A stretch of DNA of 63,850 nt, counting the filler, from Octopus bimaculoides (Eukaryota), in assembly GCF_001194135.2 (NCBI RefSeq). It is 6 parts of 6 records of this genome, joined end to end, with 100 filler letters (N's around TTAATTAATTAA, not from the genome) between each part and the next. Parts side by side here need not be neighbours in the genome. Positions count along the whole stretch, not along the records: positions 19,306 to 30,213 come from NC_068988.1; positions 30,314 to 43,842 come from NC_068986.1; 4 more parts are not named here. One strand, written 5' to 3'. Both the position numbers and the translations under genes were made by a program. Positions 25,261 to 36,170 of this stretch are shown here, one piece after another; the stretch's first letter is position 1, and each line of letters begins with the position of its first letter. The notes under the pieces were generated by a model. That model worked only from the letters and a program-made list of their open reading frames with translations. It did not search any database and was not told the DNA's origin.

Positions 25261-27054
25261 GAACAACATCAACAGTAACCGAAAGATCATTAACAACAAT
25301 ACTGGTGTGATTCTTTTCCCAAATGTCTGTCAGGTGTGAGGAAATTAACGAATCTGCCAAACAACTTGCTTCTTGTTTCGTTACATCAATTTGCAAAACC
25401 GGGTGGCAGGAGGTTCAGGGGGTACTTTACGGGTGTCTATTTCGGTATGCTTTCCGGTTTTTTTTGTCTTTTATGATGTTGCTTTTCGTACAATTGTGTG
25501 TACATGTGTACATTTGTGTGTGTGTGTGTGTGTGTGTGTGTTGTTTTATTATTCTAGTTTGTTTCTTTTTATTTTTTTCTCGCAAGGGGAAAGGCTTTTG
25601 TTTAGATTTTCAGGTAAACAAACAATTTATTTTAGGTGTTACAAATGTGTAAATATGTGTATTCGTTTATGTATGTATGTATATGTATACATGTATGTAT
25701 GTATGTATGTATGAATGTGTGTATGTATGTATGTATGTATGNNNNNNNNNNTATATATAGATATACCTGCACTCACACACATACATAAACGTACTACCAC
25801 CCCTTCTATAAACATGCCTGATTGTGTGGGTGCGTGCATGTATATGAAGAAAAACAACACAATAATGCAAAACAAAAGTAAAATGAAAACTAAATGATAA
25901 GTACGATAGATAGATAGATAGATAGTTAGATAGATAGATAGTTAGATAGATAGATAGTTAGATAGATAGATAGATACATTTCTTTTATTAGCCACACAGG
26001 GCTCAACAAAGATGGGACAGATGCAATGTAGAGCTTTTCTTTTTGGGAGGGGGAAGGAAAAAAAAAATAGGTGTGTGTCGATCAAAAGGGATCGTAGNNN
26101 NNNNNNNNNNNNNNNNNNNNNNNNNNNNNNNNNNNNNNNNNNNNNNNNNNNNNNNNNNNNNNNNNNNNNNNNNNNNNNNNNNNNNNNNNNNNNNNNNNNN
26201 NNNNNNNNNNNNNNNNNNNNNNNNNNNNNNNNNNNNNNNNNNNNNNNNNNNNNNNNNNNNNNNNNNNNNNNNNNNNNNNNNNNNNNNNNNNNNNNNNNNN
26301 NNNNNNNNNNNNNNNNNNNNNNNNNNNNNNNNNNNNNNNNNNNNNNNNNNNNNNNNNNNNNNNNNNNNNNNNNNNNNNNNNNNNNNNNNNNNNNNNNNNN
26401 NNNNNNNNNNNNNNNNNNNNNNNNNNNNNNNNNNNNNNNNNNNNNNNNNNNNNNNNNNNNNNNNNNNNNNNNNNNNNNNNNNNNNNNNNNNNNNNNNNNN
26501 NNNNNNNNNNNNNNNNNNNNNNNNNNNNNNNNNNNNNNNNNNNNNNNNNNNNNNNNNNNNNNNNNNNNNNNNNNNNNNNNNNNNNNNNNNNNNNNNNNNN
26601 NNNNNNNNNNNNNNNNNNNNNNNNNNNNNNNNNNNNNNNNNNNNNNNNNNNNNNNNNNNNNNNNNNNNNNNNNNNNNNNNNNNNNNNNNNNNNNNNNNNN
26701 NNNNNNNNNNNNNNNNNNNNNNNNNNNNNNNNNNNNNNNNNNNNNNNNNNNNNNNNNNNNNNNNNNNNNNNNNNNNNNNNNNNNNNNNNNNNNNNNNNNN
26801 NNNNNNNNNNNNNNNNNNNNNNNNNNNNNNNNNNNNNNNNNNNNNNNNNNNNNNNNNNNNNNNNNNNNNNNNNNNNNNNNNNNNNNNNNNNNNNNNNNNN
26901 NNNNNNNNNNNNNNNNNNNNNNNNNNNNNNNNNNNNNNNNNNNNNNNNNNNNNNNNNNNNNNNNNNNNNNNNNNNNNNNNNNNNNNNNNNNNNNNNNNNN
27001 NNNNNNNNNNNNNNNNNNNNNNNNNNNNNNNNNNNNNNNNNNNNNNNNNNNNNN

Positions 27055-27107
<53 letters not shown>

Positions 27108-27903
27108 AAGAGAGAGAGAGAGATATATACATACATACATACACACATATATACATAGAAAAGAAGAATAAATTATAGGTACTCAAATGGAGAAGTCCTA
27201 AATGCGAGATATACCGATATACAACGATATGGTTTGACATCTTACTGCATATGACATTACTGAATTAAACAAACAGTAAATATAACGAGAAATTTAGAGT
27301 CAAGTTTACTGATGGGGAAGATTTTATCTCTCTTTTCCCTTCATCATCCACTCAAAATGATCCTTCCAATTTTGTCTACCATGCCACCCGTTTCGGCATG
27401 TCCATTAGATATTAGGAAACTGTCAACCATTCCGGGCTGAAAGACGGTAGTGGAGCGATCATCAGGAATGTACTCGGCTGACACCTGGTTTCGTTCCATA
27501 AGCGACAACAGCCGCGAGACATAATTCCACAATTAACACTAACAACAGTAATTGTCCCTAACACTAACAAGAGTAAATGTCTGGTGCCTAATTTAGGCAC
27601 CAGACCAGATTAGTAATTTTGAGGTTGTGAAGACACAAGCATTTGATTGGTACTTAAATTTATCGAGCCCGAAAGGATTAGGGTGCAAATTTAAACTTGG
27701 CGGGATTTGAGCTCAGAAAATAAGGACCCAGAACAAATATCACAAATCCCTTTTTTGACGCTGCAATTATCTTACTCATACACACACGATACGGGAAACA
27801 ATACTAGCAGCGATTGCACTTATATACTGTAGAATAGAATGTACACATACTATATATATACTGCACAATATACTTATATACAATATTGTAGAATACACGT
27901 TTA

Positions 27904-27942
<39 letters not shown>

Positions 27943-29065
27943 AAAATAAGAGGAATGACCAGCAAAAGTGGACTCCTATATGCTAGAAATAGATGCCGAA
28001 TCATCTAACCACGAAAAAAATATATGTTCTCAGTAAAAATTCAGCGACACAACAGACTGTAAAAGGGCAAGACAAATGAAAAAAATACTAAATAAAAAAA
28101 CGATTAACCTACGTACCATGGTTTCACCTGTTAAAATTTACATAAGTAAATATCTGCAGGATCGTCAGCGTAGTCCGTCGATTCGCAATGCTAGNNNNNN
28201 NNNNNNNNNNNNNNNNNNNNNNNNNNNNNNNNNNNNNNNNNNNNNNNNNNNNNNNNNNNNNNNNNNNNNNNNNNNNNNNNNNNNNNNNNNNNNNNNNNNN
28301 NNNNNNNNNNNNNNNNNNNNNNNNNNNNNNNNNNNNNNNNNNNNNNNNNNNNNNNNNNNNNNNNNNNNNNNNNNNNNNNNNNNNNNNNNNNNNNNNNNNN
28401 NNNNNNNNNNNNNNNNNNNNNNNNNNNNNNNNNNNNNNNNNNNNNNNNNNNNNNNNNNNNNNNNNNNNNNNNNNNNNNNNNNNNNNNNNNNNNNNNNNNN
28501 NNNNNNNNNNNNNNNNNNNNNNNNNNNNNNNNNNNNNNNNNNNNNNNNNNNNNNNNNNNNNNNNNNNNNNNNNNNNNNNNNNNNNNNNNNNNNNNNNNNN
28601 NNNNNNNNNNNNNNNNNNNNNNNNNNNNNNNNNNNNNNNNNNNNNNNNNNNNNNNNNNNNNNNNNNNNNNNNNNNNNNNNNNNNNNNNNNNNNNNNNNNN
28701 NNNNNNNNNNNNNNNNNNNNNNNNNNNNNNNNNNNNNNNNNNNNNNNNNNNNNNNNNNNNNNNNNNNNNNNNNNNNNNNNNNNNNNNNNNNNNNNNNNNN
28801 NNNNNNNNNNNNNNNNNNNNNNNNNNNNNNNNNNNNNNNNNNNNNNNNNNNNNNNNNNNNNNNNNNNNNNNNNNNNNNNNNNNNNNNNNNNNNNNNNNNN
28901 NNNNNNNNNNNNNNNNNNNNNNNNNNNNNNNNNNNNNNNNNNNNNNNNNNNNNNNNNNNNNNNNNNNNNNNNNAAACGAGTGAAGAACAAATATATAGTG
29001 CGTGTGTTTATTTGCCAAAAAATAAGAAAAATGACCATCCCGAAATATATTAATATATATATATT

Positions 29066-29275
29066 TATTGGGTTGGTGCATAATTATTGCGGCTTTTTTT
29101 TTTTTCAATAAAAACAATAACAATATTTAACAAAACCATCTTTAAATGACGGTCTGCCAAGCAAATACGAAGCAGTAATTGAAGTAGATGGTGAATATGC
29201 TCCGGAATAATCATTTAAAGATGTTTTTGTTACATGTTGTTATCATTTTTGTTGAATAAAATTTGTTGAAAAACG
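29066..29275 (+). mobile_element. Mariner-derived MITE (cecropia/Hsmar1-like TIR)
   Basis: TATTGGGTTGGTGCATAATTATTGCGGCTTTTT terminus. Inverted arms at 29129-29149 and 29211-29231 flank LPSKYEAVIEVDGEYAPE*. The right tip is eroded. Confidence 0.7.
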
Positions 29276-30313
29276 CCCCTTCACACAACGTGAACTGTGC
29301 AACTGAATACACATATAATATATATTATACAATATATTTATATACTACACAATGGAAAACACATATACCGAATATGCCGTAAAATAAATTTATATACTGT
29401 ATAGCAGAATACACATTTATGATATATAATATACAATATGCTTAAATGCTATACAATAGAATTCAAATATATAATACAAGGGAATACACATATACTGTAC
29501 AGTAGAAGGCACATTTAATAGATATACCATTCGATATAGTTATATACTATACGATAAAGTAGTTACACATATACAAAGCAATAGGACAAGCAAAGTCAAA
29601 ACAAACCAGAGCGTAAGTCATGCCCACAGAGATACGCATAGCTGTGAAGTGAAAACAATCAATGTATACAAGACTACTGAAGAAAAAAAAATAATAAATA
29701 TTATAATCAAACGAGAAAGAAAAACGAAATAGGACTCAACCCGTCTGTATAGAAAACATTGGACCCTAAAGCGTCGCCGAATGTTTTCATTATCGACTAA
29801 CTCCCGAGAGTCAATTTTTTCAATATGGCTGACCTACCCCACCAACCGAAATTATTCGATTTCGGAATTGTTAGCGTTGTTCTATTTTAAATAACGTTCT
29901 GTAGTTCTATAGCATGATTGGATTAGGTTTGTGAAGTGGTGCTGTTTGGAGCGTAACGAGTTGGCTCGAGGGTATATATATATATATATATGTATTAAAA
30001 AAAAATATCTATATATGTGTGAGAGCTTGTTTGTGAGTGAGTGAGTGAGTGAGTGTGTGTGTGTGTGTGTGTGTCTGTGTGTGCATACTTATGCATGCAG
30101 GTGTAACGTGTGTGTATATATTTATATATATGCATGTCTCTCTCTCTCTCACTATCTTTTGCTATCTCTCTCTATATATTTACATATGTTATATATATAT
30201 ATATATATCTATANNNNNNNNNNNNNNNNNNNNNNNNNNNNNNNNNNNNNNNNNNNNTTAATTAATTAANNNNNNNNNNNNNNNNNNNNNNNNNNNNNNN
30301 NNNNNNNNNNNNN

Positions 30314-30358
<45 letters not shown>

Positions 30359-30361
<3 letters not shown>

Positions 30362-31081
30362 GGTGCATAAGTTATTTGAGGACATGCTGTTATTGTGGTT
30401 ATAAAGGCTAAGCATAGCGATTTAGAAATATCTCAATTTTCAAAAGTTGCCAGATTTTTCATTTACAATGTTTGTAAGGAGCTAGAGACTGAAGATGGAA
30501 ACACATTTCCAGTATCAAAGCATAAAACACATTCTTAGCACTCTGAAATCATCAGAACACCTGAATTTATCCATTGATTACAATCCCAGAAAGTCCATGA
30601 GGTCAATTGCAAAAGATCTCTATGTGTCAGAAGGAACTGTCAGAAATGTTGTCCATGAAGACATCAGATATAAGCCTTATATGATGAGGAAAGGTCAGTT
30701 TGTTCGAAAAAGCAAAAGAAGATCACTGCATCAGATCTAAAAGGCTCTTAAACAAACTGAAAAATCCAGCAGAAGAAGGTTTGATTTGGTTTTTCTCAAA
30801 CAAGAAAAACTTTGACCAAAATCAAAAAGTTTACAGTAGAAATGACAGATGGTTATGTGCAAACTCTTCTGAAGTTCCAAGTGTTATGCATACAAAATTT
30901 CTTGCAGCTGTCATGGTTTGGGGGTTGTCGGCAATGAAGGACATGTGATGCCTCCTTACTTCTTTCTAGAAGGCCTTAGAGTTAGCTCTGCCACCTACAT
31001 TGAGGTCCTGGAAATAATTGTTAAGCCCTGGATAGACAGTGTATGCAATGGAAGGCCATATGTGTTTCAGTAAAACTCTGC
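30359..31081 (+). mobile_element. maT (DD37D/Bmmar1-like) transposon, 3'-truncated
   Basis: TA|CAGGGTG terminus. Peptides NPRKSMRSIAKDLYVSEGTVRNVVHEDIRY, IWFFSNKKNFDQNQKVYSRNDRWLC, HVMPPYFF..GLRV and KPWIDSVCNGRPYVFQ across frameshifts. Confidence 0.75.
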
Positions 31082-31313
31082 AGGCGTCGAGCTGGCAGAA
31101 ACATTAGCACACCGGGCGAAATGCTTAGCAGTATTTCGTGTGCTGTTACGTTCTGAGTTCATATTCCACCGAGGTCGAATTTGCCTTTCATCCTTTCGGG
31201 GTCGATAAATTAAGTACCAGTTACACACTGGGGTCGATGTAATCGACTTAATCCCTTCATCTGTCTTTGTTTGTCCCCTCTATGTTTAGCCCCTTGTGGG
31301 CAATAGAGAAATA
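31082..31313 (+). mobile_element. SINE family B
   Basis: Full body and tail, highly similar to 44305-44540. Confidence 0.9.
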
Positions 31314-32196
31314 AGAAACGTTTTCTGTGGGACAAGCCAGTTGTAGTTCAGACTTCTGCCACAAAAAAACCACTTGATGTAATCCTCAGGCGTCAGTCTG
31401 CTGACCAATGTCATTGAGTGAAGTCTTCCTGACACGTGGTGCGTCTTTGTTTTGCAGTACTTCTCCACCATTCATTGAGTTTTGCCATGGCTGAAACAAA
31501 GGAGCAGCATGCTTCAGTAAAATTCTGTTTTCTGCTGGAAAATCGCTGGCCAAAACAGTTGTCATACTTCAAACAGCTTACAAGGATGTTGCCATGTACA
31601 AAACACAAGTTTACAAGTGGTTTCCATGTTTTAAGAATGGTCACTTGTTGCTTGAAGACCAACCTTGTTCAGGGCAACCGTCAACCTCTCAAGTGAGTGA
31701 AAACATCACAAAAATTCATGAACTAATCTCGGAGGGCCATCACTGAACAATTGATGAACTTGTTGATATGATTGGTGTGTCCTGGAACTCCTGCCAACGA
31801 ATTTTTAGAAAGCAAATGCAAATGAAAAGAGTTGCAGTAAAATCTGTGCCCTGCTTGCTTATGGAAGATCAAAAGTAGTCACAACTGAATGTGTGTCGTG
31901 AACTAAAAAAGAGTTGGAAGTTGATCCAGATCTTTTTTCAAAGGTCATTACTGGTAACGAATGCTGGTGCTACAGAATTTGCAGACGTGGAAGAAATGAA
32001 GAAAAAATGACAAAGGCATCAAAAGGTATCACTTTGCAAGAGTTCCAGGATTGGTTCAAACAGTGGAAAATGTGTCTGGACCAAAGTATTGCTTCAAATG
32101 GAGAGTACTTTGAAGGTGATAAAAGTGTAAACATGTAAAACTAAGTGACCAAAATAATATTGCAAAATACCAGTTTCTTTTAGGTACCTCCTCATA
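31314..32196 (+). mobile_element. Internally deleted mariner transposon
   Basis: ATG at 31487, MAETKEQHASVKFCFLL..TAYKD...TQVYKWF...LEDQPCSGQPST...KRVAVKSVP...KVITGNECWCY, deletion, then ...FQDWFKQWKMCLDQSIASNGEYFEGD. Right TIR TTTCTTTTAGGTACCTCCTCA|TA. Confidence 0.85.
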
Positions 32197-32210
32197 TTTA
32201 AATATTAGTG

Positions 32211-32586
32211 CAGGCATGGTTGTGTAGTAAGAAGCTTGCTGGCAGAAGCGAACTGGCAGAAACATTAACGCGATGTGCGAAATGCTTAGGAGTATTTCGT
32301 CTGCCGCTACGTTCTGAGTTCGAATTCCGCTGAGGTTGACTTTGCCTCTCATCCTTTCAGGGTTGATTAAATAAGTACCAGTTACGTACTGGGGTCGATA
32401 TAAACGACTTAATCTATTTGTCCGTCCTTGTTTGTCCCCTCTGTGTGTAGCCCCTTGTGGGCAGTAAAGAAATAAGAAGCTTGCTTCTTAACCACCTGGT
32501 TCCGTGTTCAGTCCCACTGCATTGTACCTTCAGGATGACCAAACCCATGTGAGTGTATTTGGTAGACAGAAACTGGAAGAAGCTTC

Positions 32587-32658
<72 letters not shown>

Positions 32659-32910
32659 TGCATGTGTGTGTACCCTTGTCTGTACTCCACTTGGTGGTTG
32701 TAAATGAGCATCATCTTCATACAAGGAAGGTTGTTCATTTCCAGTCTTCTGTGAGAACATGTCTAGCTATGGGAAAATAATACTTTTCTTGAAAACAGGT
32801 GAAGGTTGGTGACTGGGAGGGCTTCCATCCATAGAAATCTGCCTTGAAAAATTTCATCTAGGCCAAGCATGCATGGAAAAGTGGGCATTAAATGAAGAGG
32901 AGGATTTAAT
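32211..32910 (+). mobile_element. SINE A (with D-like tail) interrupted by a SINE B insertion at 32241-32472
   Basis: 13-bp duplication TAAGAAGCTTGCT at 32228-32240 and 32473-32485. The A head resumes correctly afterwards. Confidence 0.85.
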
Positions 32911-33235
32911 AAGCAAGATTTAAATATGAGCTACTATGAGGTTCATTTTCTCATAAAACAGTAATTAGATAAACTCATATAACATGCCATGTACTATTCT
33001 ACAATCTCTCAGGCTCAAAATTAACATAGCTGCACTCTGAGAAAATGTGAAAAAGAACAAGAAAAATAAAACAAAAAAGAAATGAGAAAACAAAAGAAAG
33101 AAAAAATGAAGAAAGGAAAGCTTAAAGGGTTGGAGGATAAGAGTTGTGTCCTTTTAGCCCATTAGAACAGGAATTAAGAATGGTTGATGAAAGTTAATTC
33201 GACAGGGTAAGGTTAAAGTTTGTAAGACTTTATGC

Positions 33236-33600
33236 CTAATCCAAGGGTGGTATTCCCCAATTTGGTATTAGAAACTTGTTGAGATACTTGCATTTTGTGA
33301 AAATTTCTGATATCAAGTTTAGTAGAGTTGGAGTTCTTTCGGTTATGCAAAGCCTGCACCTTTGTGATCCAATAGCATATAGTGTAGATAACTCAACAAT
33401 GTTCCACTTGATGGCATGTGGAATATTTTTGGTCTTTAGATCCTGGTCGGAGAAGCAGGGTGGATGGACTGGTATCTGGGCTTCTGATGTTGCTTTTGGA
33501 GTGGACACTTAGTTTTCATGTTGGGACACCATCTTTAAGAAAATTTCATGGAATGTCTATTTAAAATTTTGTTATACATATTGTTGTGTGGGAAATGTTA
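33236..33600 (-). mobile_element. Penelope-like element fragment (linker and endonuclease C-terminus)
   Basis: AIKWNIVELSTLYAIGSQRCRLCITE...LLNLISEIFTKCKYLNKFLI resembles the PLE C-terminal W..CxLC..LN...E..KCRH.NKF pattern. Confidence 0.65.
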
Positions 33601-33634
33601 AATGCTTATCTAACAAGGCAAGGAATTATCTCCC

Positions 33635-35008
33635 TAAGTTGTGGCTTCAAAGAGAAGATATCTTAATCCCCTACCATAAAAAGAATGAAGCCTAGAAAGA
33701 TTATATGGTCCACCCCTTCCTCCTTGAATATTAAGGTAGAAAAATCCCAGTCTTGCTATAAAGTCATGACGACTGATGTTGATAGGAAATGAGGTAACAC
33801 GCCAGCTTTTGACAAGCACCTCATCAACCAAGTTCTGATATTTCATTTTCTTCAACTGGTGACAAATGTCCGCCCAAGGCACTGTGAGTTCAACAAAAAT
33901 CATTGTTTCTGCACTCCTCAATTTCAGGAACATGTCTGGTCAGAGTGACATTACCATCATCTCTAAAAAGACAAATTTACTCTTCAGGTCCACTTGCATC
34001 TCCCTTCTCCCAGTGCTGTAGGGTGTTTGGTTAGAATATGGTTTAGGATGCAAAAAGTTCCTCCACACCTCTTGCAAGATGGACCCTCCTCTTAGCCCCA
34101 TGCTTTGAGATTATTTGAGCTTGGTAAGAAGTTGCAACAACACATAGGAGAGAGGAAAGACAATTTTCCTTGATCAGTTACTCCAGAGTTCACTCTAGGA
34201 CAGTGGATGTTTGATGTCCTCGTTCCATTGTATCTATTGTCCCTGGTGAGCAAGTCCTACTGCTTTTACACTTGATTTTCCCCTTTTGAATCATGGATTC
34301 TTTGCTCTAGGAGCTCCCTCTTGCCCTTGGCATTGGTATTTTTCCACTTCTTGGCCTTGTAGTTGCAAAGTTCTAGATGTCTTCAACAGACTACTCAAAC
34401 AATCCAAACTGTTAGTGCTTCCAGAGTGTTTCTGCTTCTTTCACAGCTTCCTGGGGCTTCCTTTGCAATATGCTGACTGCACTTACCTTAATGGCTTTGA
34501 ATTTCTCCACCACTGATGGAATTAAAGGTTTTATTGCAGATGTTGCCTGAATTGAAAGTTGTGAGAATACTTGAACATCTTCACAGGAATTTACTGCACA
34601 ACTGCACCATCATCTCCACCTGGATAATGGCAAAATCATAAAGCAAGAATGATTGCTGCAATCTGAATGTGATACAATACTTTGAATCTTCTAAACAGTT
34701 GACTTTAATCAACTGCTCTTAGCCTGTAGTTTAGTTGAGCCTTAGTGTCTTTGGCATTGCTGTTGACCCTAATGGTACTTTTAATTTTTCCCAATGCATC
34801 AGATTCTTTTTTCTCAAACTCCTGAAAGGATTTTTCTGTATTGAACTTGATTCGTGACTATGTAGCCATCGTCTTCATTGACCTCAGGGATTAATGTGTC
34901 CTTTGAACCCTGTCCATTATGTCATCCATGAAGGCTCTACAGAGTGAATACCTTATGTGTTGTCAGTTTCTGAAGATCTAGACTGCTTTCTTCCCACCTG
35001 TAGCAGCT
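33635..35008 (-). mobile_element. Hero-like (R2-group, REL endonuclease) LINE, 3' part
   Basis: CRAFMDD at about 34921-34941; KAVGLAHQGQ*IQW; L*PDMFLKLRSAETMIFVELTVPW...KYQNLVDE (PD-(D/E)xK REL); ASFFLW at the C-terminus. Many stops and frameshifts. Confidence 0.75.
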
Positions 35009-35149
35009 TGTTTGGTGGACATCCCCAAGTGAGAAGTGGGCTGTTCCACTACTGATAAATAGTGGACAGACACAGCAAGCATTGTCAGTCAGGGAGGTAA
35101 GCTGTTCAGACCAGTCAGGCAAATGCTCGTAAGAGTGTCAAAATGGGAG

Positions 35150-35900
35150 AACTACACACAGTGAAAAATTTGAAAAAGAATTTGAACTACACACAGTGAA
35201 AAATATTAAAAATTCTGAAGTAGGATTTGCACTATACACAGTGAAAAATTTGAAGAAGGAACTGAACTACACACAGTGAAAAATATACAAATTTTATTGA
35301 AAAAGGATTCTGAAGAAAAAAATATCTGATAAAACTGGAAATCTAACACAGATCTGAACTACACACAGTGAAAAATAATATAAATCCATTTGAAGGATTT
35401 ATGTCAGATCGCAATGTGTTAGTAGCACTATCAGTAATGATGTAGACTGGTACTACCTGTGGCATTCTGAAGAGAAAAATAATTCTGTGTGGAAGCAAAA
35501 ATAATAATAATAATAAGTCCATGTGAAGGATTTAAGTCAAGTCGCTATGTGTTAGTAGCACTACCAGTAAACACTGTAGACTGGTACTACCCGCAGCATT
35601 CTGAAGAGAAAAATAATTCTGTGTGGAAGAAAAAATAATAATAATAATAATAATAATAAGTCTGTGTGAAGCTTTTAAGTCAGGTCATTATGTGTTAGTA
35701 GCACTACCGGTATACAATATAGACTGGTACTACCTGCAGCATTCTGAAGAGAAAAATAATGTTGTGTGAAGATAAAACTACACACAGTGAAAAATTTGAA
35801 AAAGAATTTGAACTACACACAGTGAAAAATATTAAAAATTCTGAAGTAGGATTTGCACTATACACTATTGAAAAAAAAAAATTCTATTGAAAAAAGATTT
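35150..35900. repeat. Nested tandem repeats inside the TRIM-like element
   Basis: AACTACACACAGTGAAAAAT units. Three units of about 133-143 bp anchored at 35414, 35547 and 35690. A block of about 90 bp at 35150 is repeated at 35776. Confidence 0.9.
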
Positions 35901-36170
35901 TGTTGCAATACATAGTTGAAAAGAATAATAATCCTGTGTGGAAGAAAAAGAACTAGAATATGAAAAAAATTATTGAAAGTGATTTTGTTGTAACACAGTT
36001 GAAAAAAGTAATAAATCTGTATGTGGAAAAAAAGAAATGAAAAAAATATGTGTGAAAGAAGAAAAATAGAATCTCAAAGGGGCAAGGTGTTGTGATGGAC
36101 ACCCCGAAGTGAGAAGTGGGCTGTTCCACTACTGATAAATAGTGGGCAGACACAGCATGCAGTGTCAGTC

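Noticed and set aside
6024-29123. Long ORFs in the track (200-430 aa) containing X runs or poly-T, V, L, HT, YI or SL stretches
   Set aside because: They read through N gaps or microsatellites and have no coding complexity.
29720-29975. Possible promoter (CpG-rich, CCAAT-like)
   Set aside because: There is no linked exon or start site, and such short motifs occur by chance.
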